From assembly GCA_005239925.1 (NCBI GenBank), contig SBBA01000108.1:1-44688 (forward strand): a stretch of 44,688 nt of DNA, read 5' to 3'. Shown here piece by piece: positions 9,329 through 18,913 of the stretch (positions within the stretch are counted from its first letter, which is position 1; each line of letters opens with the position of its first letter). This DNA comes from Candidatus Troglogloeales bacterium (GTDB taxonomy: Bacteria > Nitrospirota > Nitrospiria > SBBL01 > SBBA01). Under the pieces are notes generated by a model. That model was not told the DNA's origin and did no database searches. It saw only the letters and a list, made by a program, of their open reading frames with translations. The position numbers and the translations under genes were made by a program.

Positions 9329-10224
9329 GAAAAGGGGTCCTCCACCGGGGCATGACCAATGTCGCGATGAAAACAGGACAATCTGGCCGCACGCCCTTTT
9401 TTCCTGAGGGTGTCCCGTAAGAGATTGACCAGTGTCACCGAGCGATGCCGTCCGCCTGTGCACCCAATCCCAATCGTCAGATAACTTTTTCCCTCCTGCT
9501 CATACAGTGGAATTAAAAAATCCAGAAAATCGTTTAGCTTCTCCATAAAACGGGTTGTCTCCGGCAGGGCCATAATGAAATCCTGAATAGGCTTGTCTTC
9601 TCCACTTAAATGGCGGAGGTCCTTCTGAAAATAAGGGTTGCGTAGAAATCGAACATCAAAAAGCAGGTCCAAACCGTACGGCAACCCGTATTTAAAACCG
9701 AACGAAAGAAGAGAGATATGCAATCGGTTCCTGGATTCTTTTTTGACATGTTGATGCAGGATGGCTTCCTTCAGATCGGAAAGAGAAAAGGCCGATGTAT
9801 CAATGATCTGGTTGGCACGTTTTCTAAGTTCCGCTAGTTTCATCCTTTCCTCCAAAATGCCGTCAATGACCAGTCGGTCTTTTACGAGGGGATGCGGCCG
9901 TCGCGATTCTGAAAAGCGCTGCACCAGGACCTCGTCCCGCGCGTCTATAAAGAGCATCTCGACGGGAAAACCATCTTTCAAAAGGGATTCGTAGACATTT
10001 AAAAACTCGTCTAAAAAGTCTCGGCTACGGATATCAATCCCCAACGCCACGTGGCTTACGTCGCTGCCCGGTTGGGTACATAAATCCATGAACTTGGTGA
10101 TGAGTTGGGGGGGCAGATTATCGATGCAGAAAAAGCCGTTGTCTTCAAAACACCTTAGGGCAGAGCTTCGTCCCGATCCGGATAATCCACTGACAATCAC
10201 CAATCGAATCTTTTTTGCAGTCAT
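9325..10224 (-). CDS. rapZ: RNase adapter RapZ family P-loop protein
   Basis: SGLSGSGRS, GFFCIDNLP, RFSESRRPHPL, SFGFKYG, FDVRFLRNP, IGCTGGRHRSV; start 10224 (alternative 10296). Confidence 0.93.
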   Translation of the reverse strand: MTAKKIRLVIVSGLSGSGRSSALRCFEDNGFFCIDNLPPQLITKFMDLCTQPGSDVSHVALGIDIRSRDFLDEFLNVYESLLKDGFPVEMLFIDARDEVLVQRFSESRRPHPLVKDRLVIDGILEERMKLAELRKRANQIIDTSAFSLSDLKEAILHQHVKKESRNRLHISLLSFGFKYGLPYGLDLLFDVRFLRNPYFQKDLRHLSGEDKPIQDFIMALPETTRFMEKLNDFLDFLIPLYEQEGKSYLTIGIGCTGGRHRSVTLVNLLRDTLRKKGRAARLSCFHRDIGHAPVEDPFS

Positions 10225-10309
10225 TTCAATCTTTTTTCCTCCGCCCTTCGCCTCCTGGGAAGGGAGGGCGGCAGGAGGTATGGTAGACGGTATCATGAAT
10301 TCTAATTTA

Positions 10310-10557
10310 TTAGATTCCCCGTGGGTGACACCTACGTTTTTTGTGTAACGGGCACCTCTAAAAACCTACTGCACAACCCAACTGCTGCGTTGCGCGGTGC
10401 TCGGAATTCTCATGTATACTACATACATTGCGGTTCCTGCGCGCCGTGCGTCTTGCATTTGGGCCGCTCGTGACGGTTTTTAGAGGTGCCCTAACCTTAT
10501 TCGCAAACCCCACAGCGACCAACGGAAGCTGTTCATTCGCTTCCACCCATCGGATTA
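10310..10557 (+). repeat. Copy C of the ~115-bp structured repeat, interrupted by MITE copy 1
   Basis: ttagattccccgtgggtgacacctacgttttttgtg[TAAC-MITE-TAAC]cttattcgcaaaccccacagcgaccaacggaagctgttcattcgcttccacccatcggatta aligns with 37561-37675. Confidence 0.75.
10350..10491. mobile_element. MITE copy 1 (142 bp)
   Basis: TIR gggcacctctaaaaacc/ggtttttagaggtgccc flanked by the direct repeat TAAC (10346-49, 10492-95). Confidence 0.9.
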
Positions 10558-11151
10558 GGCGTCGCTCAACTCCATAAGGCCGATTCGTTCGGCGCTCTTC
10601 TTGTAAAGAAGACTGCATTGCTTGTTGGCTCGGTTTCGAAAGGCCAATATGTCCTTTTTCTCCGATTTCATTTGTGACAACGCCTCTTCCACCGTTAAGA
10701 CCGTCAGCAAAATCGTTTCCCGGTCAATATTAGGGGCCAGACTCATTTGACTATTCAGCTGACTCGAACTCGCCTTTCTTTTTTGGGCCTTGCGGAGTGG
10801 TTCAGATATTACAGCGCCTGCCTTTTTTGCACCTGGGTCGACCACTCCAGCCACGGGACGAACACGATGATCCGAATGTTTTTCTTTATACTTTTTTAAT
10901 TGCCGTTCGATTTTCTTCATGACCCCATCCACGGAGGCATACATCTCATCGGTTTCCTCCTGAGCCTGAAATATAAAGCCGTTGGAGTGCAAATTTGCTT
11001 CGGCGATCTGTCGGTGTTTTTCCGCTTTCAATGTCCATACGATGTGGGAAGACGGATCGGCACACCGCTCCATTCTTTGTGCCCGCTCCTCGATATATCG
11101 TTTGAGCGCGGGGATGATACGCATTTGACGTCCTGTAATTACAACCTCCAT
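10555..11151 (-). CDS. hpf: Ribosome hibernation promoting factor (long HPF)
   Basis: ITGRQM..ALKRYIEER, DEMYASVDGVMKKIERQLKKYKEK, C-terminal VEEALSQM..FRN..LYKK..IGLME; follows rpoN. Confidence 0.9.
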   Translation of the reverse strand: MEVVITGRQMRIIPALKRYIEERAQRMERCADPSSHIVWTLKAEKHRQIAEANLHSNGFIFQAQEETDEMYASVDGVMKKIERQLKKYKEKHSDHRVRPVAGVVDPGAKKAGAVISEPLRKAQKRKASSSQLNSQMSLAPNIDRETILLTVLTVEEALSQMKSEKKDILAFRNRANKQCSLLYKKSAERIGLMELSDA

Positions 11152-11176
11152 TTTCCCTCCTTCATCTGATTATTTT

Positions 11177-12733
11177 CTAGCCGGGGCGTCTCCGTCTTGA
11201 GGCCGGGGCGATCTTTAATTCAGCGCGGTATTTGCTCACGGTTCTTCGGGCCATTTCAACCCCCTTCTGTTTTAACTGTTCAACGATCTTCTGATCGGTT
11301 AACGGATGCCTGACGTCTTCGTTGGCAACCATCCGTTCGATTTGTTCCCGTACTGCCAACGACGAAAGGGATTTTGCACTGTCCTTCTCAACCGAGGGCA
11401 GCGCGCCATTGAAAAAAAACTTAAGCTCATAAATCCCCTGCGGGGTATGCATATACTTATTCGTTGTTACGCGGCTGACGGTGGATTCGTGCATTTCGAT
11501 ATCCTCGGCCACCTGCTTTAACACCAAGGGTTTTAACGCGCGCACCCCATGCTTCATAAAGCCATATTGGAATTTCAATATGGATTCGGCTACCTTGAGA
11601 ATGGTGCGATTCCGCTGCTCAATACTCCGAATGAACCAAACGGCCGACCGATACTTATCTTCCAGATAGGCCCGCGGATTTTCAGCATCCGTATTTTTCG
11701 ATTTTAAAAGGGATTGGTAGTACGGGCTGATCTTGACCTTGGGAAGGCCGTCATCATTGAGAAAAACAGCGTACCGCCCCTCCTCTTCTTCGGTAGGCAC
11801 GGTTTCATCCTGAGGTGTTACAGCCGATGGAATCGTTGTCTCCCGTAGGGCTATCTTGTCTTCATTTGCTCCTATCTTATCCTTTTCAAACACCTTCATC
11901 ACAAAGACATCGGGAACGATGTTAAAGTTTTCATTTACAAAAAAAGGGCGACCCGGCTTAGGCTCCAGATGCTCGATAATCTTAGAGGCCTGCATAACCT
12001 CTTCTAAGGAGACACCGCACTCTTTGGCGATTTGGGCATACCGTCTTTTTTCAATCGCCTCCAAGTGGCTTCGGACCAGTGTCTCAACCAAGGAACCCGC
12101 GCAGCCCAGGATACGAATCTGTATTAAAAGGCATTCAATCAGATTGCGTGCCCCCACGCCCGCCGGATCAAATTCCTGAATGATCGTTAGCACTTTTTCG
12201 ATTTCTTCGAGTGAGACATCGCCCAGGTCATGCGCAATCTCTTCGAGAGGGATTTCCATGTATCCTTGATCATTAATATTGCCGATCAGCTCCCCACCAA
12301 TCCACTTTTCACGATCGGATAAAGAGGTCAGGCCCAACTGCCAAAGCAGATGATCGCTTAGTGAAACCGGGCGGGCCAGTGTCGCCTCAAAAGAAGGCTT
12401 CTCTTCGGGCGCTTCCCAAGTCACATCACTTTCAATTCGCTCACGCTCTTCGTCATCATAATAATTATCCCACTTTAGATTGATATTCTCAGAGGTCTCC
12501 GAATACTCTTCATCAAAATCGGTATCGGCCTGCCCTTCCAGGGAAGGGCCTTCACTCGAATCCTCTTCCAAGGTATCGGCTGTCACCTCTTCAATGAGTG
12601 GGTTTTCCAGCATCTGGAGTTCAATCTCCTGACTAAGCTCCATGCGGGAAAGTTGTAGTAGCCGAATTGCCTGCTGTAACTGGGGCGTCATGACCAGCTT
12701 CTGACGAAGCTGCATGTCCAATCCGACGCGCAT
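11177..12733 (-). CDS. rpoN: RNA polymerase sigma-54 factor
   Basis: QKLVMTPQLQQAIRLLQL, MHESTVSRVTTNKY, RpoN box ARRTVSKYR; start 12733 (alternative 12754). Confidence 0.96.
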   Translation of the reverse strand: MRVGLDMQLRQKLVMTPQLQQAIRLLQLSRMELSQEIELQMLENPLIEEVTADTLEEDSSEGPSLEGQADTDFDEEYSETSENINLKWDNYYDDEERERIESDVTWEAPEEKPSFEATLARPVSLSDHLLWQLGLTSLSDREKWIGGELIGNINDQGYMEIPLEEIAHDLGDVSLEEIEKVLTIIQEFDPAGVGARNLIECLLIQIRILGCAGSLVETLVRSHLEAIEKRRYAQIAKECGVSLEEVMQASKIIEHLEPKPGRPFFVNENFNIVPDVFVMKVFEKDKIGANEDKIALRETTIPSAVTPQDETVPTEEEEGRYAVFLNDDGLPKVKISPYYQSLLKSKNTDAENPRAYLEDKYRSAVWFIRSIEQRNRTILKVAESILKFQYGFMKHGVRALKPLVLKQVAEDIEMHESTVSRVTTNKYMHTPQGIYELKFFFNGALPSVEKDSAKSLSSLAVREQIERMVANEDVRHPLTDQKIVEQLKQKGVEMARRTVSKYRAELKIAPASRRRRPG

Positions 12734-12763
12734 TGCACCCTCTTGCCAAGCCATCTCTTATCC

Positions 12764-12884
12764 TAAGCCGCCACGGACGGCAACGAATGAACCTCTCCCG
12801 TTGATCGCGGCGGGCCTATAAATATCGTTACACCGAATAAATAATCTGCACAAAAAGCATCTCTGTTACAGATCAAGAATCTAA
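12764..12884 (-). repeat. Copy B of the ~115-bp structured repeat
   Basis: Fills the lptB-rpoN intergenic region: taagccgccacggacggc..ctcccgttgatcg..atcgttac..ataatctgcacaaaaa..gaatctaa. Confidence 0.75.
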
Positions 12885-13615
12885 GCATTTATCTTCTCGG
12901 TCAGGTTAAATCGGTTTCCTAGGTAAAGCTCTCTTGCCAACTGGCTTTCCACCATTTCAGTCGGGGTTCCAGAAAAAAGAATGGTTCCGGCATGGATCAT
13001 ATAGGTACGATCGCATATGGTCAGGATTTCGGAAATGTTGTGATCGGTGATGAAGATGCCGATCCCGGCTCCCTTTAATCGGATTAGGATTTGTTGAATT
13101 TCCATGACAACGATGGGATCGATTCCGGAAAAGGGTTCATCAAGCAGTAGGTACTGTGGGGAATGAACCAGGGCGCGTGCGATCTCCAGCCGACGCCTCT
13201 CTCCCCCCGAAAGGGTAGTGGAGGAATGCGTGGCGAGATGATGCAGATTAAACTCGGTCAGCAAGGCCTCAACGCGAGTCGTACACTCGGCCGCAGTAGG
13301 AAAATGAACCTGGGCAACGGCCCGGATATTTTCTTCCACAGTCATTTTCCTGAAAATAGAAGGCTCCTGGGGAAGATAAGACAGTCCCAGCCGCGCACGG
13401 CGATAAAGGGGAAGGGAGGTGATTTCCTTTTTATTGAGTAACACCTCACCGCGATCTGGAAAGGTTAGGCCGACCAGCATCTGAAAAAGGGTGGTTTTGC
13501 CCGCACCGTTGGGACCAAGAAACCCAACAATTTCACCGGTACAGACCCTGAGATTCACGTTCTGAACAACGGTACGTTTCTGATAATACTTTTCTAACCC
13601 AATTGCTTCTAACAT
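12881..13615 (-). CDS. lptB: LPS export ABC transporter ATPase
   Basis: GPNGAGKTT, YLPQEPSIFRKMTVEENI, LSGGERRRLEIARAL, LLDEPFSGIDP, ITDHN; ATG 13615 with GGAG SD. Confidence 0.94.
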   Translation of the reverse strand: MLEAIGLEKYYQKRTVVQNVNLRVCTGEIVGFLGPNGAGKTTLFQMLVGLTFPDRGEVLLNKKEITSLPLYRRARLGLSYLPQEPSIFRKMTVEENIRAVAQVHFPTAAECTTRVEALLTEFNLHHLATHSSTTLSGGERRRLEIARALVHSPQYLLLDEPFSGIDPIVVMEIQQILIRLKGAGIGIFITDHNISEILTICDRTYMIHAGTILFSGTPTEMVESQLARELYLGNRFNLTEKINA

Positions 13616-13678
13616 TCTGATGCTCCACCCATAGGGTGTGTCCTGGTACTTTGACAGTTTAATTGCGAAATATTTTTT

Positions 13679-13790
13679 GTCATTTCGGAATGTTTCTGTC
13701 CGGAATCCAGGGCCCCTCTCCCTAACCCTCTCCCGCTTTGCGGGGGAGGGAAGGGTGAGGGGATTCCGGCTTAAACATTGCCGGGATGAC
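13679..13790. repeat. Composite repeat: dRS3-like palindromic element with a nested CCCTCTCCC REP
   Basis: Arms gtcatttcggaatgtttctgtccggaatccag and ggattccggcttaaacattgccgggatgac match 25622-25698; the middle 13711-13761 is a different REP. Confidence 0.75.
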
Positions 13791-13808
13791 GAATTATGAG
13801 ACACTACA

Positions 13809-14420
13809 TTAGTTGATTGTTAGTTCGCTTCCCTCAACAAAACTTCTTTTATGTTTCAGGGAAAGGGTAATCGCCTTGCCTTTGACGTGGTAGCCTTCTT
13901 CCCACATCTCCGGCTCACCGGTGAGGACAATCTCCCCTTCTTTGGCGTCATAGATACCCCGTTGCGCCAGAACACGACGGGTGCCTTGTATCAGCTCGAC
14001 ATCTTCCGTGACCTCAATCCGTGCAATCTCTTTTCCTTCCCGACCCGGTGCAGCCTGTTCCGATCTTTCTGATGTAGGCGTCCCCGTATTGGATAGAAGC
14101 ACCTCCGCGCGACCAGCCTTGATCGTCACGTCCCCTTTTTGAATCAAGACCGTTCCCTGGAATAGGACGGTATCCTCCAATCCTTTCACGGTCATTTGGT
14201 CTGAAGAGATGGAAAGCGGTAAGGCCCCTCCGAGGGCTGAAAATTTTCCCGTGTCCGGCGTAGTCGTGCCAGCAGACACAACCGTGTCTGAATTTCCCTC
14301 GCGTCTAACCGTTGTGCCAGGCTTTCCTACCTCGCTTGGTGGGCCGAGACTGCTGCCTTGCGCTACCGGAAGCAGGACGAGAATAAAAAGAAAAACATTA
14401 ATAAATTTCCGCATGAACAT
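13809..14420 (-). CDS. lptA: LPS transport periplasmic protein LptA
   Basis: Signal peptide; ISSDQM..FQGTVLIQKGDVTIKA, IVLTGEP..VKGKAI; lies between lptC and lptB. Confidence 0.85.
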   Translation of the reverse strand: MFMRKFINVFLFILVLLPVAQGSSLGPPSEVGKPGTTVRREGNSDTVVSAGTTTPDTGKFSALGGALPLSISSDQMTVKGLEDTVLFQGTVLIQKGDVTIKAGRAEVLLSNTGTPTSERSEQAAPGREGKEIARIEVTEDVELIQGTRRVLAQRGIYDAKEGEIVLTGEPEMWEEGYHVKGKAITLSLKHKRSFVEGSELTIN

Positions 14421-14937
14421 TCCTCAAGGTCATCTCCGAACGATCCAGAGAAAGCCGCATCCCCACGCCTCGGATAGACACACCCAACCCGGAAACTTCA
14501 ACTCGGTCCTGTGTGTGAATCATCCTCTCTTCGGGAGACCATGCCAGCGAAGCAGTTTGAATGGTATACCCGTTATTGAGTTGCACCAACACCGGGCCAT
14601 TTTCCTGTTGTAATGAAAAGGCGGCTCCTCCAGCCTCCATTCTGCCCGTGTCGCCACGGAGGGTAAGCGGCCCCCCTTTTGCCGATTGCATCTTCACAAA
14701 AATCTTTTTTAAAAAAGCCGTTTCGTCTTTCTCAAAAAATCGAGCCTCCTCTGCCGTTAGTTCCCAATCTTTCTGACCTGCCCGCGTTTGTACAAAGAGT
14801 ATTTTCGATAACCTTATATCCGCTGTTTCCTCCGGAGCCGACGCCACCTTTGGCGAACGTTTCCATTCGCCTGCAAAAAAGAGCAGGGCAGTAACAACGA
14901 TAACAGATCCCGTTAATGCGGCAAATGGCTTATTCAT
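14398..14937 (-). CDS. lptC: LPS export periplasmic protein LptC
   Basis: N-terminal TM, GQKDWELTAEEA, IQTASLAWS..IHTQDRV..IRGVGM; synteny. Confidence 0.82.
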   Translation of the reverse strand: MNKPFAALTGSVIVVTALLFFAGEWKRSPKVASAPEETADIRLSKILFVQTRAGQKDWELTAEEARFFEKDETAFLKKIFVKMQSAKGGPLTLRGDTGRMEAGGAAFSLQQENGPVLVQLNNGYTIQTASLAWSPEERMIHTQDRVEVSGLGVSIRGVGMRLSLDRSEMTLRNVHAEIY

Positions 14938-15111
14938 GTGGCACCGTTTTGAATCCGGACGGGTATCACCCTCCGAGGTTATCGCTCAGACCTCAATATA
15001 CCAGAAGAAGAAAAGTAAAGAAAGAGGCGAGGGCAGGGCCATTTTTTAAAGCAAGGCCTTAAAAAGCAAGGAAACAAGAAGAAACAAGAAAAAGGTCACA
15101 AGGAAATCGCT

Positions 15112-15139
15112 TTGACTTTTAGCAACAAAACCTGATACT
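15112..15139 (+). promoter_or_regulatory. Putative promoter for tRNA-Pro/acyP/rpoS
   Basis: TTGACT-16 bp-GATACT with A-rich upstream sequence. Confidence 0.4.
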
Positions 15140-15282
15140 TTCCCAAGATACATGTACCTTGTTCATTGGAAAACCCACTTCCAACGAGAACAGCGCCATG
15201 CATGAAGAAGAGGCGGCCTCCCTATGTGGTAAGTTAAACATTGGAGCAGGCCAGGGAAAGCATCAGTCAATATTCTATGTTA

Positions 15283-15356
15283 CGGGGCGTAGCGCAGACC
15301 GGTAGCGCACACCGTTCGGGACGGTGGGGTCGGAGGTTCAAATCCTCTCGCCCCGA
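15283..15356 (+). tRNA. tRNA-Pro (CGG), CCA not encoded
   Basis: CGGGGCG acceptor stem, anticodon arm caccg-ttCGGga-cggtg, T-loop GGTTCAAATCC. Confidence 0.96.
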
Positions 15357-15379
15357 TACTATAAAGGAGTATTTCACCA

Positions 15380-15661
15380 ATGGCAGATAAAAGTGCAGCA
15401 CGAGTTATAATTGATGGGAATGTTCAAGGGGTTGGATTCCGAAATTTTGCACACCGATATGCCTTTCTACTGAGTCTGAAAGGGTTTGTGAAAAACCTTC
15501 CTAGTGGCCAGGTTGAGATCGAGATTGAAGGGGATAAGGATAAGATGAATCTCTTTCTGGAACACCTGCACCGTGGGCCATCCCTTTCCAAAGTGCTCAA
15601 GGTCGACGTAACCTGGGGAACCTACTCTGAACGATTTAAAGAGTTCTCCATCATTTTATAA
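15380..15661 (+). CDS. acyP: Acylphosphatase
   Basis: [28 protein letters not shown]. Confidence 0.93.
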   Translation: MADKSAARVIIDGNVQGVGFRNFAHRYAFLLSLKGFVKNLPSGQVEIEIEGDKDKMNLFLEHLHRGPSLSKVLKVDVTWGTYSERFKEFSIIL

Positions 15662-15680
15662 CCTTAGAGAATCAGATAAT

Positions 15681-16658
15681 ATGAGTCAGGGATGGCTTGA
15701 AGAACGCGAGGAAGAAAGTGCATCCGCACAGCAAGAAAAAGAGGGCCTTTCCGGTTTGGCCAACTTTGATGCAATAGAAGAGTCGGATAACGACAAGGAG
15801 ACCGACCAGAAAGAAGACCTTCCCGGATCCATGGAGGCGATTGCGGCCTATCTGCGTGATGTTGCCCGATCCAATCTGCTGACCAAAAAGGAAGAGATCG
15901 CTCTGGCAAAGCGGGTGGCCAAGGGGGATATGAATGCTCGGGAGAAGATGATCGAGTGCAATCTGCGTCTGGTCATCAGTCTGGCCAAGCGGTATGTCAA
16001 CAGCGGGCTTCCCTTGCCAGATCTGATCGAGGAAGGGAATATCGGCCTGATTAAGGCCGTCGAAAAATTCGATCACACCAAGGGATTTCGATTTTCAACC
16101 TATGCCTCCTGGTGGATTCGACAGGCCATACAGCGGGCTATTATGAATGACGGTAAGGTGGTTCGTTTGCCCGTGCATGTGATCGAAGAGATCAATCAGT
16201 ATCTGGCGTCTATTGAGGATTTGGTGCAGGAACGGGGACGCACGCCGGAGCAATTTGAAGTCGCACAGCGAATGAATATCCCGGAACAAAAGGTGCATCA
16301 AATACAACAATTGTTGCGCCAGACCTATTCCCTGGATGCCCCTCTGCCGGATTCTCAAACCAATGATACGACGCTACACGATGTCATTGAGGATGCGGAT
16401 CAGCTTTCCCCCGCTATAGCCGTTGAAGAGAGCGACCTAAAAGAAAAACTACTTTACTGGTTGCGATCACTAAGGGAAGCGGAACGCCGTGTTATTCTTC
16501 TACGCTTTGGGTTGACTGGCGATGAGGCGTGGACACTCAATCAAATTGGCCAAGAGTTCGGGCTGACTCGGGAGCGGATTCGGCAGATTGAATTGAGGGC
16601 GCTTAAATCGTTACGCAAAATGATGGGTAATAAAGTGCGTGCGTCGGATATCCTGTAA
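15681..16658 (+). CDS. rpoS: Group 2 sigma-70 factor, RpoS-like
   Basis: Region 1.2 YLRDV..LLTKKEE, NLRLVISLAKRY, DLIEEGNIGLIKAVEKFD, FSTYASWWIRQ, LTRERIRQIE; lacks region 1.1; adjacent to apt. Confidence 0.8.
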   Translation: MSQGWLEEREEESASAQQEKEGLSGLANFDAIEESDNDKETDQKEDLPGSMEAIAAYLRDVARSNLLTKKEEIALAKRVAKGDMNAREKMIECNLRLVISLAKRYVNSGLPLPDLIEEGNIGLIKAVEKFDHTKGFRFSTYASWWIRQAIQRAIMNDGKVVRLPVHVIEEINQYLASIEDLVQERGRTPEQFEVAQRMNIPEQKVHQIQQLLRQTYSLDAPLPDSQTNDTTLHDVIEDADQLSPAIAVEESDLKEKLLYWLRSLREAERRVILLRFGLTGDEAWTLNQIGQEFGLTRERIRQIELRALKSLRKMMGNKVRASDIL

Positions 16659-16697
16659 GGCCTTAAAAAGGGCAGTCGTTTGAAAGAGGAGGACAGA

Positions 16698-17213
16698 ATG
16701 AACTTGAAATCACGGATTCGGGAAATACCGGATTTTCCCAAGAAAGGGATTCTTTTTTACGATATTACGACCTTGTTGGCCGATGCCGAGGCCTTTAACA
16801 CCGTCCTTACCCGATTAGCCACCCCGTTTGAGGGGCAGGCCATCCAGAAGGTGGTTGCCGTCGAATCGCGTGGTTTTATTTTTGGCGCTCCGGTTGCCCA
16901 GAGGCTTCACGCCGGCTTTGTTCCTGTAAGAAAGCCGGGAAAACTTCCCTATAAAACTATTGATGAAACGTACCAATTGGAATATGGCGCGGGCACCCTC
17001 TGTATTCATGAGGATGCCATCTCAGCAGGAGAACGGGTTTTGATTGTGGACGACCTCTTGGCCACCGGCGGAACCACCGCGGCAACCGTTAATCTGATTC
17101 GGAAACTGGGAGGGGTGATTGTGGGACTCGCACTCGTGATTGAATTATCATTCCTAAAGGGGCGGGAGAAGCTCCCTGCCATTCCGATTGTTTCTCTCTT
17201 AACCTACGATTAA
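16698..17213 (+). CDS. apt: Adenine phosphoribosyltransferase
   Basis: IPDFPKKGILFYDITTLL, ESRGFIFG, VRKPGKLP, IVDDLLATGGT; GGAGG SD. Confidence 0.96.
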   Translation: MNLKSRIREIPDFPKKGILFYDITTLLADAEAFNTVLTRLATPFEGQAIQKVVAVESRGFIFGAPVAQRLHAGFVPVRKPGKLPYKTIDETYQLEYGAGTLCIHEDAISAGERVLIVDDLLATGGTTAATVNLIRKLGGVIVGLALVIELSFLKGREKLPAIPIVSLLTYD

Positions 17214-17222
17214 GTTCCTATA

Positions 17223-17378
17223 GGGCGCCTCTAAAAACCTACTGCGCGGCCCAACTACTGCGTTGCGTGGGCGTGACAATACCTGCGGTGCTCGGAATCC
17301 TCATGTACACTGCAACCATTTCGGTCCTTGTGCGTAGTAGCTCTTGCATTTGAGCCGCTACAGTTTTTAGAGGCGCCC
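17223..17378. mobile_element. MITE copy 2 (156 bp)
   Basis: TIR gggcgcctctaaaaac/gtttttagaggcgccc; same core as copy 1 plus one gggcgtgacaatacctgc module; no TSD. Confidence 0.85.
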
Positions 17379-17602
17379 GTTATATGCCTCTCCGTCATAT
17401 GGAGTCTCCACCTTTTTTGCAAGGTTTTTTTCTTGCGATGACGGGGATAGGATTGTTGTTATATATCCGCCTGTTTGTGAAGGATCACCCGAACCACTTC
17501 ATTCTTCTGGTTGATTCCAACCCCATGAAAAACATGCTCTAAGAAAAGTTGAAAAGAAAGAGAGGTTTCATTTATTCTGTAGGAACGTCTTAAGGATTAT
17601 CA

Positions 17603-18898
17603 GTGAATATTATTGTTGTTGGAACACAGTGGGGGGATGAAGGTAAAGGGAAGATCGTTGATCTTCTTTCGGAAGAGGCCGATTATATTGTCCGTTACCA
17701 GGGGGGACATAACGCCGGTCATACCGTCGTCTCCGGACAGAATACGATTATCTTACACCTGATTCCCACGGGCGTTCTTCATCCTGAAAAAGTGGGGGTG
17801 ATCGGTAACGGCGTCGTGGTGGATCCGGCGGCCCTTCTTGAGGAGATCGAGATGCTCGCCTCTTATGGTGTCTCTGTCTCCGGAAGGCTTTTTATCAGCG
17901 AAATGGCCCACCTGATTTTTCCCTACCATAAGGCACTGGATAAGGCAAGTGAACGATCCAAGGGAAGTCGGAAAATCGGAACCACCGGTCGCGGAATCGG
18001 GCCGGCCTATGCCGATAAGATGGCGCGCATTGGTATTCGTGTGATTGATCTTTTCGATCCTCCCCTGCTTCGTCAAAAACTGGAAAGCAATCTGACAGAA
18101 ATGAATCTGCTCTTAAAAGAGGCCTACCACCTCGAGGGGTTTGATTTCGATAAAATGTATCAGGACTACCTGGGGTATGGTGAGCGGATTCAATCGTATG
18201 TCACCGATACATCGCAATTGATCCACCGGGCAATGGGTGAGGGGAGGCATCTTCTTTTTGAAGGGGCGCAGGGAACCCACCTGGACGTTGACTTGGGAAC
18301 CTATCCGTTTGTGACCTCATCAAGTTCGACGGCGGGCGGGGCCTGCACGGGAACAGGGGTGGGGCCGACCCAAATTGATCGGGTCTTTGGCGTGGCCAAG
18401 GCATATACCACCCGCGTCGGCGAAGGGCCGTTTCCCTCCGAGCTGCATACCGGCATGGGAAGCCTGATTCGTGAGAAGGGCGGGGAGTTCGGGGCTACAA
18501 CGGGCCGACCACGTCGCTGCGGCTGGTTTGATGCCGTGGTTGTTCGATACGCGGCACGGATCAATCATCTTGACGGGATGGCCATCACCAAGTTAGACGT
18601 GTTGGATGGTCTTCCGGAAATTGCAATCTGCGTGGGATATGAATATCAGGGCCGACTGATACATGAAATGCCGGCATCGTTATCGGTTCTACAGTCCTGC
18701 ACACCGCGTTTGGTGCGCCTTCCTGGCTGGACCGAAAAAACGGCAGGGGTGACTTCCTACGACCTGCTTCCTCAGAATGCAAAGGCCTATCTTGCGGCGA
18801 TTGCCAAGGAAGTCGGTTGTCCCATCGATATGGTTTCAACCGGGTCTCGGCGCAAAGAAACGATTACGCTTACGCATCCGTTTAGCGCCCCTAAATAG
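17603..18898 (+). CDS. purA: Adenylosuccinate synthetase
   Basis: QWGDEGKGK, GGHNAGHT, IGTTGRGIGPAY, EFGATTGRPRRCGW. Confidence 0.97.
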   Translation: MNIIVVGTQWGDEGKGKIVDLLSEEADYIVRYQGGHNAGHTVVSGQNTIILHLIPTGVLHPEKVGVIGNGVVVDPAALLEEIEMLASYGVSVSGRLFISEMAHLIFPYHKALDKASERSKGSRKIGTTGRGIGPAYADKMARIGIRVIDLFDPPLLRQKLESNLTEMNLLLKEAYHLEGFDFDKMYQDYLGYGERIQSYVTDTSQLIHRAMGEGRHLLFEGAQGTHLDVDLGTYPFVTSSSSTAGGACTGTGVGPTQIDRVFGVAKAYTTRVGEGPFPSELHTGMGSLIREKGGEFGATTGRPRRCGWFDAVVVRYAARINHLDGMAITKLDVLDGLPEIAICVGYEYQGRLIHEMPASLSVLQSCTPRLVRLPGWTEKTAGVTSYDLLPQNAKAYLAAIAKEVGCPIDMVSTGSRRKETITLTHPFSAPK

Positions 18899-18913
18899 GG
18901 GCGAGAATTGGAG

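Noticed and set aside
10358-10618. Small ORFs over MITE copies (10358..10618, 27816..28157, 43136..43402)
   Set aside because: They are translations of the repeat; shared peptides (APLKTYCA, LGILMY) reflect the MITE, not a protein family.
13616-13804. 63-aa N-terminal extension of LptB
   Set aside because: Translates through the composite repeat; the SD-supported ATG is at 13615.
17380-17602. Purine riboswitch upstream of purA
   Set aside because: No recognisable aptamer consensus; only a degenerate palindrome (tccgtcat..atgacggg).
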